This document shows positions 18,409-26,818 of a stretch of DNA of 64,000 bases, one piece after another. The number at the start of each line of letters is the position of its first letter. Within the stretch, counting starts at the first letter, position 1. Made by a program: the position numbers and the translations under genes. The stretch lies in the NCBI GenBank assembly GCA_965200635.1, contig OZ241364.1, positions 990,094 through 1,054,093 of the forward strand, in the 5' to 3' direction. This DNA comes from Solirubrobacterales bacterium (GTDB taxonomy: Bacteria > Actinomycetota > Thermoleophilia > Solirubrobacterales > 70-9). The notes beneath the pieces are model-generated. The model had not been told where the DNA came from and did not search any database. It was given only the letters and a program-made list of their open reading frames with translations.

Positions 18409-18491
18409 GCTGCTGAGACCTTCGGCTTGAAAGGACGAAGGTCTTCGGCTCTGGGAGCGGGACTGCGGCGGCGATGTGACAGGAATGAGAC
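18409..18491 (+). repeat. tRNA-Glu-like hairpin repeat TLR-A
   Basis: Contains the 17-mer GACCTTCGGCTTGAAAG (18417-18433), identical to 32990-33006 inside the tRNA gene. Perfect 8-bp stem GACCTTCG/CGAAGGTC. Shares GCGGCGGCGATGTGAC...AATGAGAC with TLR-C. Confidence 0.75.
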
Positions 18492-18625
18492 CCGGAGACC
18501 GGCCGCCATCGACTCAGCGGGACTGGCCATCTCTTTCCTTCCCATTTATCTCCTGTTAACTTCCCATATTCCCTAGAGCGATCTCCCAAATTACATAGCT
18601 AACTTTCCCAATTTGCACTACGCTC

Positions 18626-19870
18626 ATGGCGATGTCGGCCAACTTCGCCAGACACAGTCGCAAGCCGATCCTGGAAGCACTGGCCGATACCCGCGTCGTC
18701 TACGTGATGGGCGCCAGGCAGGTGGGCAAGAGCACCCTGACGGGAGAGATCGCGACGAGCGAGCACCTAGCTGACGTGCTCAGCCTTGATAACCGAGCGG
18801 CGAGGGATGCGGCGAGCAGCGACCCCGAGGGATTCGTGGCCGGCCTCTCGCGCCCGGTCCTGCTCGACGAGGTCCAGCGAGCCGGCCCCGATCTGCTGCT
18901 CGCGATCAAGGGGGCCGTCGACGCCGACCAGACGCCGGGCCAGTTTCTGCTGACGGGCTCGGCCAACGTCCTCACCAACCGCAAAGTCCAGGACGCGCTC
19001 ACCGGACGGATCGAGATCATCACCCTGTGGCCGCTGTCCCAGAGCGAGATCGAGGGATCGGCCGGCAATATCGTCGACTCTCTCTTCTCCGCGGCGCCGC
19101 CTCAGATCAGCGATGCCCCGGTCGGCCGCGGGGCCTTCGTCGATCGAATCGCGGCCGGTGGATACCCCGAGGCGCTGAAGCGCAACGGGTCACGCCGGGC
19201 CAACTGGTTCGAGAACTATCTGAAGACGACGCTCGACCGCGACCTGCGCGACATCAGCGATGCGCAGAAATTGGGCGAGATGCCGCGGCTGCTAAAGCTG
19301 CTGGCGGGCCGTGCCGCGAGCCTCCTGAACTCCTCGGAGGTGGGCAAGCGACTGCAGCTGGAGCATAAGACCGTCCGCAGCTATACGACCCTCTTGGAGA
19401 CCGTCTTCCTGGTCAAGACCCTCCCCGCCTGGAGGCCGTCGATCGGAGCCCGCGAGTCGACGACGCGCAAGGTCTACATCGTCGACAGCGGCCTCCTTGC
19501 CCATTTGCTCGGAGCCGACCCGAAACGCCTCGCCGAGGACGAGCGCGTCACCGGAATGGCGCTCGAGAACTTCGTCGCGATGGAGGTGATGAAGCACCTC
19601 GAATGGGCGAGCACCGACGCAAGGCTTTTCCACTACCGAACCGGCAACGACGAGATCGACCTCGTCCTCGAGGATCGCTCAGGAGCGATCGCCTGCCTTG
19701 AGGTCAAGGCGGCGGCGACGGTCCGGGAACGAGACTGGAAGCCGATGGCGAAGATCCGGGATGCTCGCAGCGAGGACTTCCGCGCCGGGTTCCTGATTCA
19801 TGCCGGCGCCCAGACCGTCCCGCTCGGCGATCGACTCTGGGCGGTTCCGATCAGCGCTCTATGGACATAG
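18626..19870 (+). CDS. AAA+ ATPase of the AAA_14/DUF4143 type
   Basis: Walker A VMGARQVGKSTL. Overall pattern of the widespread 'ATP-binding protein, DUF4143' family. Confidence 0.78.
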   Translation: MAMSANFARHSRKPILEALADTRVVYVMGARQVGKSTLTGEIATSEHLADVLSLDNRAARDAASSDPEGFVAGLSRPVLLDEVQRAGPDLLLAIKGAVDADQTPGQFLLTGSANVLTNRKVQDALTGRIEIITLWPLSQSEIEGSAGNIVDSLFSAAPPQISDAPVGRGAFVDRIAAGGYPEALKRNGSRRANWFENYLKTTLDRDLRDISDAQKLGEMPRLLKLLAGRAASLLNSSEVGKRLQLEHKTVRSYTTLLETVFLVKTLPAWRPSIGARESTTRKVYIVDSGLLAHLLGADPKRLAEDERVTGMALENFVAMEVMKHLEWASTDARLFHYRTGNDEIDLVLEDRSGAIACLEVKAAATVRERDWKPMAKIRDARSEDFRAGFLIHAGAQTVPLGDRLWAVPISALWT

Positions 19871-19890
19871 CCGGGACGCCGCAGCCATCA

Positions 19891-19973
19891 AAGCCAATCT
19901 CCATCGGATTGAAGGGACGAAGGGCGTTGGCTAAGGGAAGTGGGATCGCAGCGGCGAGTGACCCCAATAAGAC
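19891..19973 (+). repeat. tRNA-Glu-like hairpin repeat TLR-B
   Basis: AGCCAATCTCCATCGGATTGAAGGGACGAAGGGCGTTGGCT...GCAGCGGCGAGTGAC...AATAAGAC. Aligns with TLR-A, -C and -D. Confidence 0.7.
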
Positions 19974-20029
19974 ACGCGACTCCTGAGGTCGGGCACGCGG
20001 TGGTCTTGCGATCGGGTAGAAGCACGCCG

Positions 20030-20403
20030 ATGCGTTTGTTTGGGTTCGGAATGATCGTGGGATTGGCGATCCTGATCGCTGGCTGCGGCGGCGGCTCGGC
20101 TACGTCGCTCGAAGAAAACTCGGGCGAACCGCCGCGTATTCCTCTGGCACAGGAGAAATCCCGGCTCGAACTTCAGGTCGAAAAGCACAACGAGGGCGCC
20201 TCGGTCACTTGTTCTCAAGCCGACTCGGCGACCGAACTCGACCTCTGGGATTGAAGGTCGAACCGAAGAACAAAAGCAACGGTGCCGAAATTGAAGTGCT
20301 GGGTCCGGGGTTCGACCGCCAGTACGAGATCACCGAATGCCGGACCTCGCCGAACCAGAGGTACAGCCAGACGCCGATGGGCATCTGTAAAGAGATCCAC
20401 TGA
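20030..20403 (+). pseudogene. small lipoprotein gene, apparently frameshifted
   Basis: MRLFGFGMIVGLAILIAGCGGG lipobox ORF stops at 20254. A protein-like continuation lies in another frame (20209..20403). Confidence 0.3.
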
Positions 20404-20579
20404 CCGAGTTCCTCACCGGCAAGTTTGATCGAGATGAGATGCCTGACATCGCGATTCGCGACGTCAGACCCCCAAGCGAGCCCGGTCTACGGCCAATTTG
20501 GACGCCCCATGCACTACCGCTCTGACGCCCTCGCCAGCGCCGCTCGGTAGTGAAGCCTCGGCTCTTTTCCCTGGAGGAG

Positions 20580-20661
20580 AGCCAATCTCCGTCGGATTGA
20601 AAGGACGAAGGGCTTTGGCTTGAGAAGCTGAGATCCGGCGGCGATGTGACCTAAATGAGAC
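20580..20661 (+). repeat. tRNA-Glu-like hairpin repeat TLR-C
   Basis: AGCCAATCTCCGTCGGATTGAAAGGACGAAGGGCTTTGGCT...CCGGCGGCGATGTGACCTAAATGAGAC. Confidence 0.72.
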
Positions 20662-20903
20662 TCCCAGGCCTGATCAGGCAACTGCAGCGGCGCTCGCGCC
20701 GGTCCTCCCCCAAGCGCGAATAGACGCATCTCACGAATCATCGGGAGACGGCCCTACCTAAAGGAGCGCCGAAGGTCGACCGCCAGCGCCCCTTCCCGAG
20801 ATGCTCCAACTACTCGCGTGCGAGAGGGAGACACCGCCAGGGTCGGGGCCACAGGGAACCCGCGACCCTCCCGAGGCGCGGGGTGCGAGTCCGGTGCGCC
20901 GAG

Positions 20904-23834
20904 CTAGGGCGAGGAGTCGACTATCGGATCGTCCGCGCGGGCCGGGTCGCGGGCGACGAAACGCACCAAGGCTCCGTCAGGCGACCCGGTAGAGGTGGGA
21001 GCTACGAAGACGAGGGCGAAGATCACCTCGTGCGCGTCGAGGTCGGCGGTGACGGTGTCGTCGCCGGTCTCGACCATCGGGTAGAGCAGGACCGCTCCGC
21101 GGAGCGGTTTGTGAAGCTGCGCCGCGAGCTCGTCGTCGTGGTTGCCGACGCCGGCGATCTGGCCCGCGATCGGTCGGTGCTTGGGATCACTGATCGCGCC
21201 GAAAAGGCCGCCGCGGCCTTTTCGGCGGCGACGGCGGAAAACACTGAGGGTGCCGTGGCCGACGACCTCGGCGCGGGGGCCGGGGCCGACGTGCTGGGGC
21301 AGCATCACCACCCAGTCCTCGATCTGGTCGCTGCCGAGGCCCTCCAGCCAGGTCAGATCGGCGGCGAAGTGATCGTCGGGCCGCCAGCGCAGGTCTTTCA
21401 AGACCGCGAGCAGCTCCTGATGGTCGACGGTGCCGTACCGACAAGTCAAGAGGCTCCTCGCTGACGAGCCCTCCAGCTTGAAGGCTCCGTCCTTCGCCGC
21501 GGCTTTCACAAGCGGTGCGACCGCGGTCGTGTTGTGGGCGATGTCCGCAGGATCTTCCGGGTAACCGGTCGGCTCCAAGCGCTCCCCCGGGGAGCGGCGC
21601 TCCACCAGCTGTGCGTTGTACATCTTCCCGGCCGACGAGGGCTTCAGCCAGCCGAGATGCTGGGAAACGAGTGGCGGGATGTCCCGAGGAGTGATCATCG
21701 GCACCCCGTTTTTCAGCTCGCCGTAGCGCCGAATCTCCCCGCGGAACAGCTCCTCCGAACGACACGCTGCCTCGAATGCCTCGTAGAGGTCAAAGGCGCG
21801 GCCGTGACCGCCGCGATCGATGTAGAGGCGGACCAGGTCCTCGTAGCCGCTACGGAAACCGAACCAGCGACCCATCTGCATCAGGGTGTCGGCCTGTTTC
21901 GTCACTCGGCGGTAGTAGGAAACCGTCAGCCCCTCTACGGTGAACCCGCGCGAGAGCTTGGCGCCGCCGAGCAGGACCCGCCAGACCGGTCGGCTGTCGA
22001 AGTCGACCTCTTCCCGTGCCGCTTCTCTGTCCCCGTTCACAATCAGAACCGGGTCGTTGTCGGGACCCTCGATCCGGGACACCACCTCGCCGACGTACCC
22101 CTGGACGCTCTCGTAATCGGCCGGGACCGCCGCGCCGTCGCTGCGGGCCTCCATCACAGCCGCGACGTCGGAGTGAAACAGGTCGCGCAGCCGGGCATGG
22201 CCGGTGGACCCCCAGTATCCGGATCCCTTCCACGTCTCCCGCACCGCTTCGGCGAGCTGGAGGTGGTCCACCTGTTTGACCGACTCGTGGATCAGCATCG
22301 TGTGGTGTTTGAAGCGGCGCTCTTCGTTCACTTCCCGGTAGAGCTTGATCGCGCCGGTGAGGATGAACATGTCGAGCGCCTGCTGCATCACGCCCTCCAG
22401 GTCTTCCTCGTCGATCTCGCGGACGTAGGCGAGGCGCTTCGAGTTGGTAACGGTCCGCACCTCGTCCTCGGGCAGGATGTCGAGATCGTGGAACTCGACC
22501 GCGCCCATGTATCCCGGCGGCCGGTCTAGCGAGAGGATGAAACTTTTCGGGAAGAGGTCGGCGGAGTCATCGGGGTCGACGAAGACGTTGGCGAACGGCG
22601 TCGCGGTGTAGCCGACGTACTGTCCTCGCGGCAGTTTCTCGAGCAGTTCGGAGATCAGGCCGTTGATTGCCGTCCGCTTCGTCTGGCCGGCTTCCCAGTT
22701 TTTCGGGTTGGAGGTGTTCAACGAGGCCTGGTCGGACTCGTCGTCGATGATCAGCGCCGGGATGTCGCCGAGCTTCGCGGTGATCCGGTTCAGGTCCTTG
22801 ACCAACCGCGTCAGGACGCTCTTGTTCTTCTTGACGACGACGATCCGGGTCGGCACCCGGTGCAGGTTCTCCGGGGCGTTGAGTGGCTTGTCGGGATGGA
22901 GGCGCTCGAAATCGAGGGAGGAGATCCCCTGCGCCAGGCTGGCGTAGTCGCCCGCTTTGGTGGTCAGCCGGTAGATATCGGCGAATCCAAGCTCCGAGGG
23001 CAGGCCGCCGTGGCTGACGAACTCCGCGCGATCGGGATCCCCGGCGTAGTCGACGCTGCGGACCGCGTCGGGATCGTCCCGGTCGATCCCACGCATCAGG
23101 TTCTCGTCGCCGACCAGCTCCTTGTCGATTCGTCTCTGCGTCTGCCGGCGGAGCAGGTCGGTCTGCCCAGTGAGGACGATTATCAGGCGGTAGCCGGCGT
23201 CGATCGCCTTGGCGATGACACCGGTGAAGTTGGCGGTCTTCCCACTCTGGACGTAGCCGACTACCAGCCCTTTGGCCTGGTAGGCCTCTCTGCGCTCGGG
23301 GTCGCTCAAGCGCTCGACGATCCGGGTCGTGTTGAGATCAAGCGCGGCGACCGAGGTCTCATTTTCCCACTCCCTGGCGAGGTATTCGGCGTAGTGCTTC
23401 CAGTAGAAGGGCTCGCGTTCGCCCATTACCCGGCCGTACCAGGGCTCGAAGACGTCGCTGACGACCACCGACCTGTCCTCGGCCCGCGGAACGGCCTTAT
23501 CGAGGCACCCGATCAGCTCCTCGCCGAGCCCGAGCCGCTCGTAGACGAGGGCGCGGCGCTCGCCGGTTCCGGGCTTCGTCTGTCCGACCCATTCCGCCAT
23601 CGGCTCCGCGTCCCAGCCCGCGAGGGTCAGGCGAAACCTGGTCAAGAGCCGCTCCGCCGGTTCGGCCGCGACCAGGTGGGCGGCCAGGACCGAGGGCGCG
23701 GCCAACTCCGGCACATCCATCTCGTCCGCCTCGAACTCGGCCCGCCGAGCGAGGTCCGAGGGACCGCGCGTCGCCATCCCGTCGAGAGCGGATGCGTAGA
23801 TCCTGTACAGGGCCTCCGCGTTCTCAGCTGCCAA
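20904..23834 (-). CDS. Z1-domain SF2 helicase-like ATPase
   Basis: P-loop GYVQSGKTANFTG, Walker B/DExx LIIDDESDQAS. Size and order are typical of Z1 proteins that follow GHKL and PD-(D/E)XK genes. Confidence 0.8.
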   Translation of the reverse strand: MAAENAEALYRIYASALDGMATRGPSDLARRAEFEADEMDVPELAAPSVLAAHLVAAEPAERLLTRFRLTLAGWDAEPMAEWVGQTKPGTGERRALVYERLGLGEELIGCLDKAVPRAEDRSVVVSDVFEPWYGRVMGEREPFYWKHYAEYLAREWENETSVAALDLNTTRIVERLSDPERREAYQAKGLVVGYVQSGKTANFTGVIAKAIDAGYRLIIVLTGQTDLLRRQTQRRIDKELVGDENLMRGIDRDDPDAVRSVDYAGDPDRAEFVSHGGLPSELGFADIYRLTTKAGDYASLAQGISSLDFERLHPDKPLNAPENLHRVPTRIVVVKKNKSVLTRLVKDLNRITAKLGDIPALIIDDESDQASLNTSNPKNWEAGQTKRTAINGLISELLEKLPRGQYVGYTATPFANVFVDPDDSADLFPKSFILSLDRPPGYMGAVEFHDLDILPEDEVRTVTNSKRLAYVREIDEEDLEGVMQQALDMFILTGAIKLYREVNEERRFKHHTMLIHESVKQVDHLQLAEAVRETWKGSGYWGSTGHARLRDLFHSDVAAVMEARSDGAAVPADYESVQGYVGEVVSRIEGPDNDPVLIVNGDREAAREEVDFDSRPVWRVLLGGAKLSRGFTVEGLTVSYYRRVTKQADTLMQMGRWFGFRSGYEDLVRLYIDRGGHGRAFDLYEAFEAACRSEELFRGEIRRYGELKNGVPMITPRDIPPLVSQHLGWLKPSSAGKMYNAQLVERRSPGERLEPTGYPEDPADIAHNTTAVAPLVKAAAKDGAFKLEGSSARSLLTCRYGTVDHQELLAVLKDLRWRPDDHFAADLTWLEGLGSDQIEDWVVMLPQHVGPGPRAEVVGHGTLSVFRRRRRKGRGGLFGAISDPKHRPIAGQIAGVGNHDDELAAQLHKPLRGAVLLYPMVETGDDTVTADLDAHEVIFALVFVAPTSTGSPDGALVRFVARDPARADDPIVDSSP

Positions 23835-24819
23835 TGCCCGCTCCCATCAGGTCGAGTGCGGCGACGAGCTCGGGGGGCGGGCCGGAGCTCGCCGCAAAGC
23901 TCGAGACGTCGATGTCGTAGTCGACCTCACGGATCTTCGAGGTGTCGACCGGCAGACCGGTGAGCAGCGACGGGGTGATCCGGGGGAAGTCGTTCTCGAC
24001 CCGGAGCGGAAGCGGAACGGTCCGCAGCCGCCAACGATCTTTGTAGAGGTCGCGCTGGGTCTCGTTCCAGCGGACGCCGGCCAAGTTCGCAAGCACGCGC
24101 TCGTGCCCCTCCGGGCCCGCCTGGTCGAGAACGTCGTCGACCAGCTCCGACAAGGTCCGGCCCTGGTCGTCCCCACCTCGCGTTATCTGGACCGAGAGCA
24201 GCCAGAGCGCGCCTCCCGCGGTCGGCAGAAGCTGGCCGAGGCCGTGGATCCGATGCACGCGGTGCTCTCCCGCCGTCGTCTTCACCTCGACGTCAATCTC
24301 CCCGAAGCCGAAGTCATGCTCCTCCCGCAGGCCGCCCCGCCAGGCCTCCGGGCCGGCGGCTCCCGAGGCCAGAAGTGCCTCGGTCAGCAGGAGCTCTCCA
24401 AAGAGGCCGACCTCGGCTTCGACCCCGAGACGCGCTCGGGCAGAGAGGATCGATTCCCAGAGGTCCAGGGTCTCTTCGAAGGCCGCCAGCGGCCCGGCGC
24501 CGTCGAGCTGGATTCGGTCAGCGATCATCATCAGCATCGAGTAGCCGTCCGCGACCAGCTCCTCCCCCATGGTCGCGATCTCAAGGTAGCGTCGGCCGCC
24601 ATCGAAGACAGCGGCGGCGGTCACGTTCGCCAGCCGGTTCGGAGGGATCACCGCGATCTCGTCCATCGGGGCGCGGAGGGTGAGGCGGCCGGCCGGCTTA
24701 TCGATCAGCAGCCTCAGCTCGGGCTCTCCCCCGAGGCGGATCAGGACCGGCACTCCGGTCTCCCAATGTTCCTTCAAGGCCGGAAGCGAGAGACGCCTCT
24801 CGTCGCCGGTGACACTCAT
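23824..24819 (-). CDS. PD-(D/E)XK-motif nuclease-fold protein
   Basis: EHDFGFGEIDVEVKTT (D...E.K). ATGA overlap with the upstream GHKL gene and an 11-nt overlap with Z1. Confidence 0.7.
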   Translation of the reverse strand: MSVTGDERRLSLPALKEHWETGVPVLIRLGGEPELRLLIDKPAGRLTLRAPMDEIAVIPPNRLANVTAAAVFDGGRRYLEIATMGEELVADGYSMLMMIADRIQLDGAGPLAAFEETLDLWESILSARARLGVEAEVGLFGELLLTEALLASGAAGPEAWRGGLREEHDFGFGEIDVEVKTTAGEHRVHRIHGLGQLLPTAGGALWLLSVQITRGGDDQGRTLSELVDDVLDQAGPEGHERVLANLAGVRWNETQRDLYKDRWRLRTVPLPLRVENDFPRITPSLLTGLPVDTSKIREVDYDIDVSSFAASSGPPPELVAALDLMGAGIGS

Positions 24820-26333
24820 CCCAGCTCCTCTCGTGCCGCAGCGGTCAGGACCGCTTGCCAGATCTCGACGTTGTCCTTGTCCCGGGGACCCATGTTCTGT
24901 CCCGAGAAGAGCTCCTCCATCAGGAGGAACATCAGCGTCTTCACCACCGGCGAGTCATTTAGCGCCCCACGCCGTCCGCCCGCGATCGCCTTTCGGTAGC
25001 AGCTGTTCAGCCAAAGGACGTTGAGCTCGCGGTCGACTTCGAAGAACTCATCCCCCTCGAGCTCCTGCCACCTGATGTCAACCGGCTCGTCATCCCTGAT
25101 CGGGAGCTCGCGCTCAAAAGCCCGACGCACGCGCGGCGAAAATCCGGCGCCCGGCGGCATCACAGGCGAACGCCTCCGGGTTCGTCGGTTCGACGCCTTG
25201 AGCACACCGTGTGCCTCCTCGGTGTATTCCCGGAAGCCCGGCCCATCAGAGGTTTCGGCGGACCAGACGGCCCGGCTGAACTCGGCGCCGACCTCGATCC
25301 CGTTCTTCTCCGGCTTCAGGCTGACCATCCGCTCGAGGTCGCCGTCGATGTCGACCGCGACCCGCGCGAGGCTGAGCTGTTTGTCGGCGGGCACGAGGCC
25401 GTTCCATCCCCCAAGCTGAACCAGCCTGTCGTTGTAGTAAACGTAGATGCCCTGTCGCCTGATCTGATCGCTGTCGAGGCGGAAGGCATCGAGGCTGGAC
25501 CTGCCGGGCCAGATGTGACACGCAAGGTCGAGCGATGCTCGGGTGCCGGTCGCGGTCAGGGTTTTCGGCCATCCCGGGGCGCCGCTGTGCGGATAGCCGA
25601 ACGGGTCCAGCGGCTTGACCTCGACCCCCGGCAGGACCTCTTCATTGTCCACGATGTCGATCCGCACCGACATCTGCTCCGCCTCCAGGATCCGGTGGAA
25701 GACGAGGCCGATGTGGGTCCTGACCTTCGCGATCACGTCCTGAAGGAATCGCTCGACCGCGTCCTCGTCGTCGACGGCCGGAAAGCCATTGACGTCGTCC
25801 CAGCGGATCACGGTGCCGGTGCGCAGGTCCTTGATCCCCCAGTCGAGTCCCAGCGTGTCACCGGCGAAGTCCGGGGCGACGATCTGACACTCGTAGTCAC
25901 TCTTCGCCTTGTCGCTGATCCAGACCCTGCCGGTCGGCTCACCGTTCTTGCTGACCGAGATCACGGTAACGCTGCGCGCTTGGCTGAAGGAGGCCGCCTT
26001 CAACCCGAGGCCGAAGCGACCTATTTCGCCCTGCCCATAGGTCCGGTCGCCGCCGACGGTCATCGCGACGTTGATCTGCTCATCGTCCATACCGATGCCG
26101 TCGTCGACGACGAAGAGCCGACGGAGCCGGCCCGACTCCTTAACGAAGCGGATCAAGACCTCGGTCGCTTCAGCGTCAATCGAGTTGTCGACCAGCTCGG
26201 CGATGGCCGCCTCGAGGGTATGGTTCCGACCCAGCGCCTCAAGCGAGCGGGGCTCGGGGGTCAGCCGGACCGAGCCGGAGACCGGGATCGAATCGTTTGG
26301 TTCCAAGGTGCTTTCCATCGCTAGTCTCGTCAT
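24816..26333 (-). CDS. GHKL (HATPase_c_3 / MORC-like) ATPase
   Basis: N-box AELVDNSIDA, G1 box VVDDGIGMD. Start placed at MTRLAMES (26333), because the 125 upstream codons of the tracked ORF are Arg/Ser-rich and not protein-like. Confidence 0.82.
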   Translation of the reverse strand: MTRLAMESTLEPNDSIPVSGSVRLTPEPRSLEALGRNHTLEAAIAELVDNSIDAEATEVLIRFVKESGRLRRLFVVDDGIGMDDEQINVAMTVGGDRTYGQGEIGRFGLGLKAASFSQARSVTVISVSKNGEPTGRVWISDKAKSDYECQIVAPDFAGDTLGLDWGIKDLRTGTVIRWDDVNGFPAVDDEDAVERFLQDVIAKVRTHIGLVFHRILEAEQMSVRIDIVDNEEVLPGVEVKPLDPFGYPHSGAPGWPKTLTATGTRASLDLACHIWPGRSSLDAFRLDSDQIRRQGIYVYYNDRLVQLGGWNGLVPADKQLSLARVAVDIDGDLERMVSLKPEKNGIEVGAEFSRAVWSAETSDGPGFREYTEEAHGVLKASNRRTRRRSPVMPPGAGFSPRVRRAFERELPIRDDEPVDIRWQELEGDEFFEVDRELNVLWLNSCYRKAIAGGRRGALNDSPVVKTLMFLLMEELFSGQNMGPRDKDNVEIWQAVLTAAAREELG

Positions 26334-26599
26334 GGTATTGCGACGGTCGCCTGCCGCGTTTCGCCAACGCCCGCCTAACGAAGTCCTCCCGTCGTCGGGA
26401 CCGGTCCTGCCGGAGGTGGGGATGGCAGACGGTGGTGAGTCCGCTCTCATCGAGCTGTCTTCCCTCGCAGGCAGACACACCCGCGGGGATCTCCTCGTAG
26501 ACCTCGAGGTTGAAGGGCGCGCAACCGCGCAGAGTGGACCGCGGCAGTCCGATACGACGACCCTAAGGGAGGACTGGCCGCCGCTCTGCAGGCTCTTGG

Positions 26600-26683
26600 C
26601 GTGCTCGGGCGCCATACGTCTTGAGGACGAGGGGCGTTGGCTTTGAGGAGCCGCTTTGCGCCGGCGTGTAGCTGTGATGAGAC
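26600..26683 (+). repeat. tRNA-Glu-like hairpin repeat TLR-D (most diverged)
   Basis: CGTCTTGAGGACGAGGGGCGTTGGCTTTGAGGAGCCGC...GCCGGCGTGTAGCTGTGATGAGACC aligns with TLR-A and TLR-C. Lies in the 485-bp MTase/GHKL spacer. Confidence 0.55.
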
Positions 26684-26818
26684 CGGAACGGAAGCCCACC
26701 ACGCTCACCTTAAGCCGAACTTCACCTCATCAGGCGGAGACTTTGCCCGCCTACCGCAAGACACTACGAGGCGTCCCCCGGTCCGGCTGACGACGACCGA
26801 GTGAACAAGTCAATCTCT

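Noticed and set aside
20840-20903. T-arm-like string GGGGTGCGAGTCCGGTGCGCC just downstream of the Z1 stop. Considered as a tRNA 3' fragment or att site marking an island boundary.
   Set aside because: I could not fold it into a T-arm plus acceptor. It is on the opposite strand to the tRNA-Glu. It has no extended match to the tRNA.
26334-26708. N-terminal 125 codons of the tracked 630-aa GHKL ORF.
   Set aside because: The translation is Arg/Ser/Pro-rich and not protein-like. The GHKL N-box lies shortly after the internal Met at 26333. It is treated as non-coding spacer (see the finding on 26334-26818).
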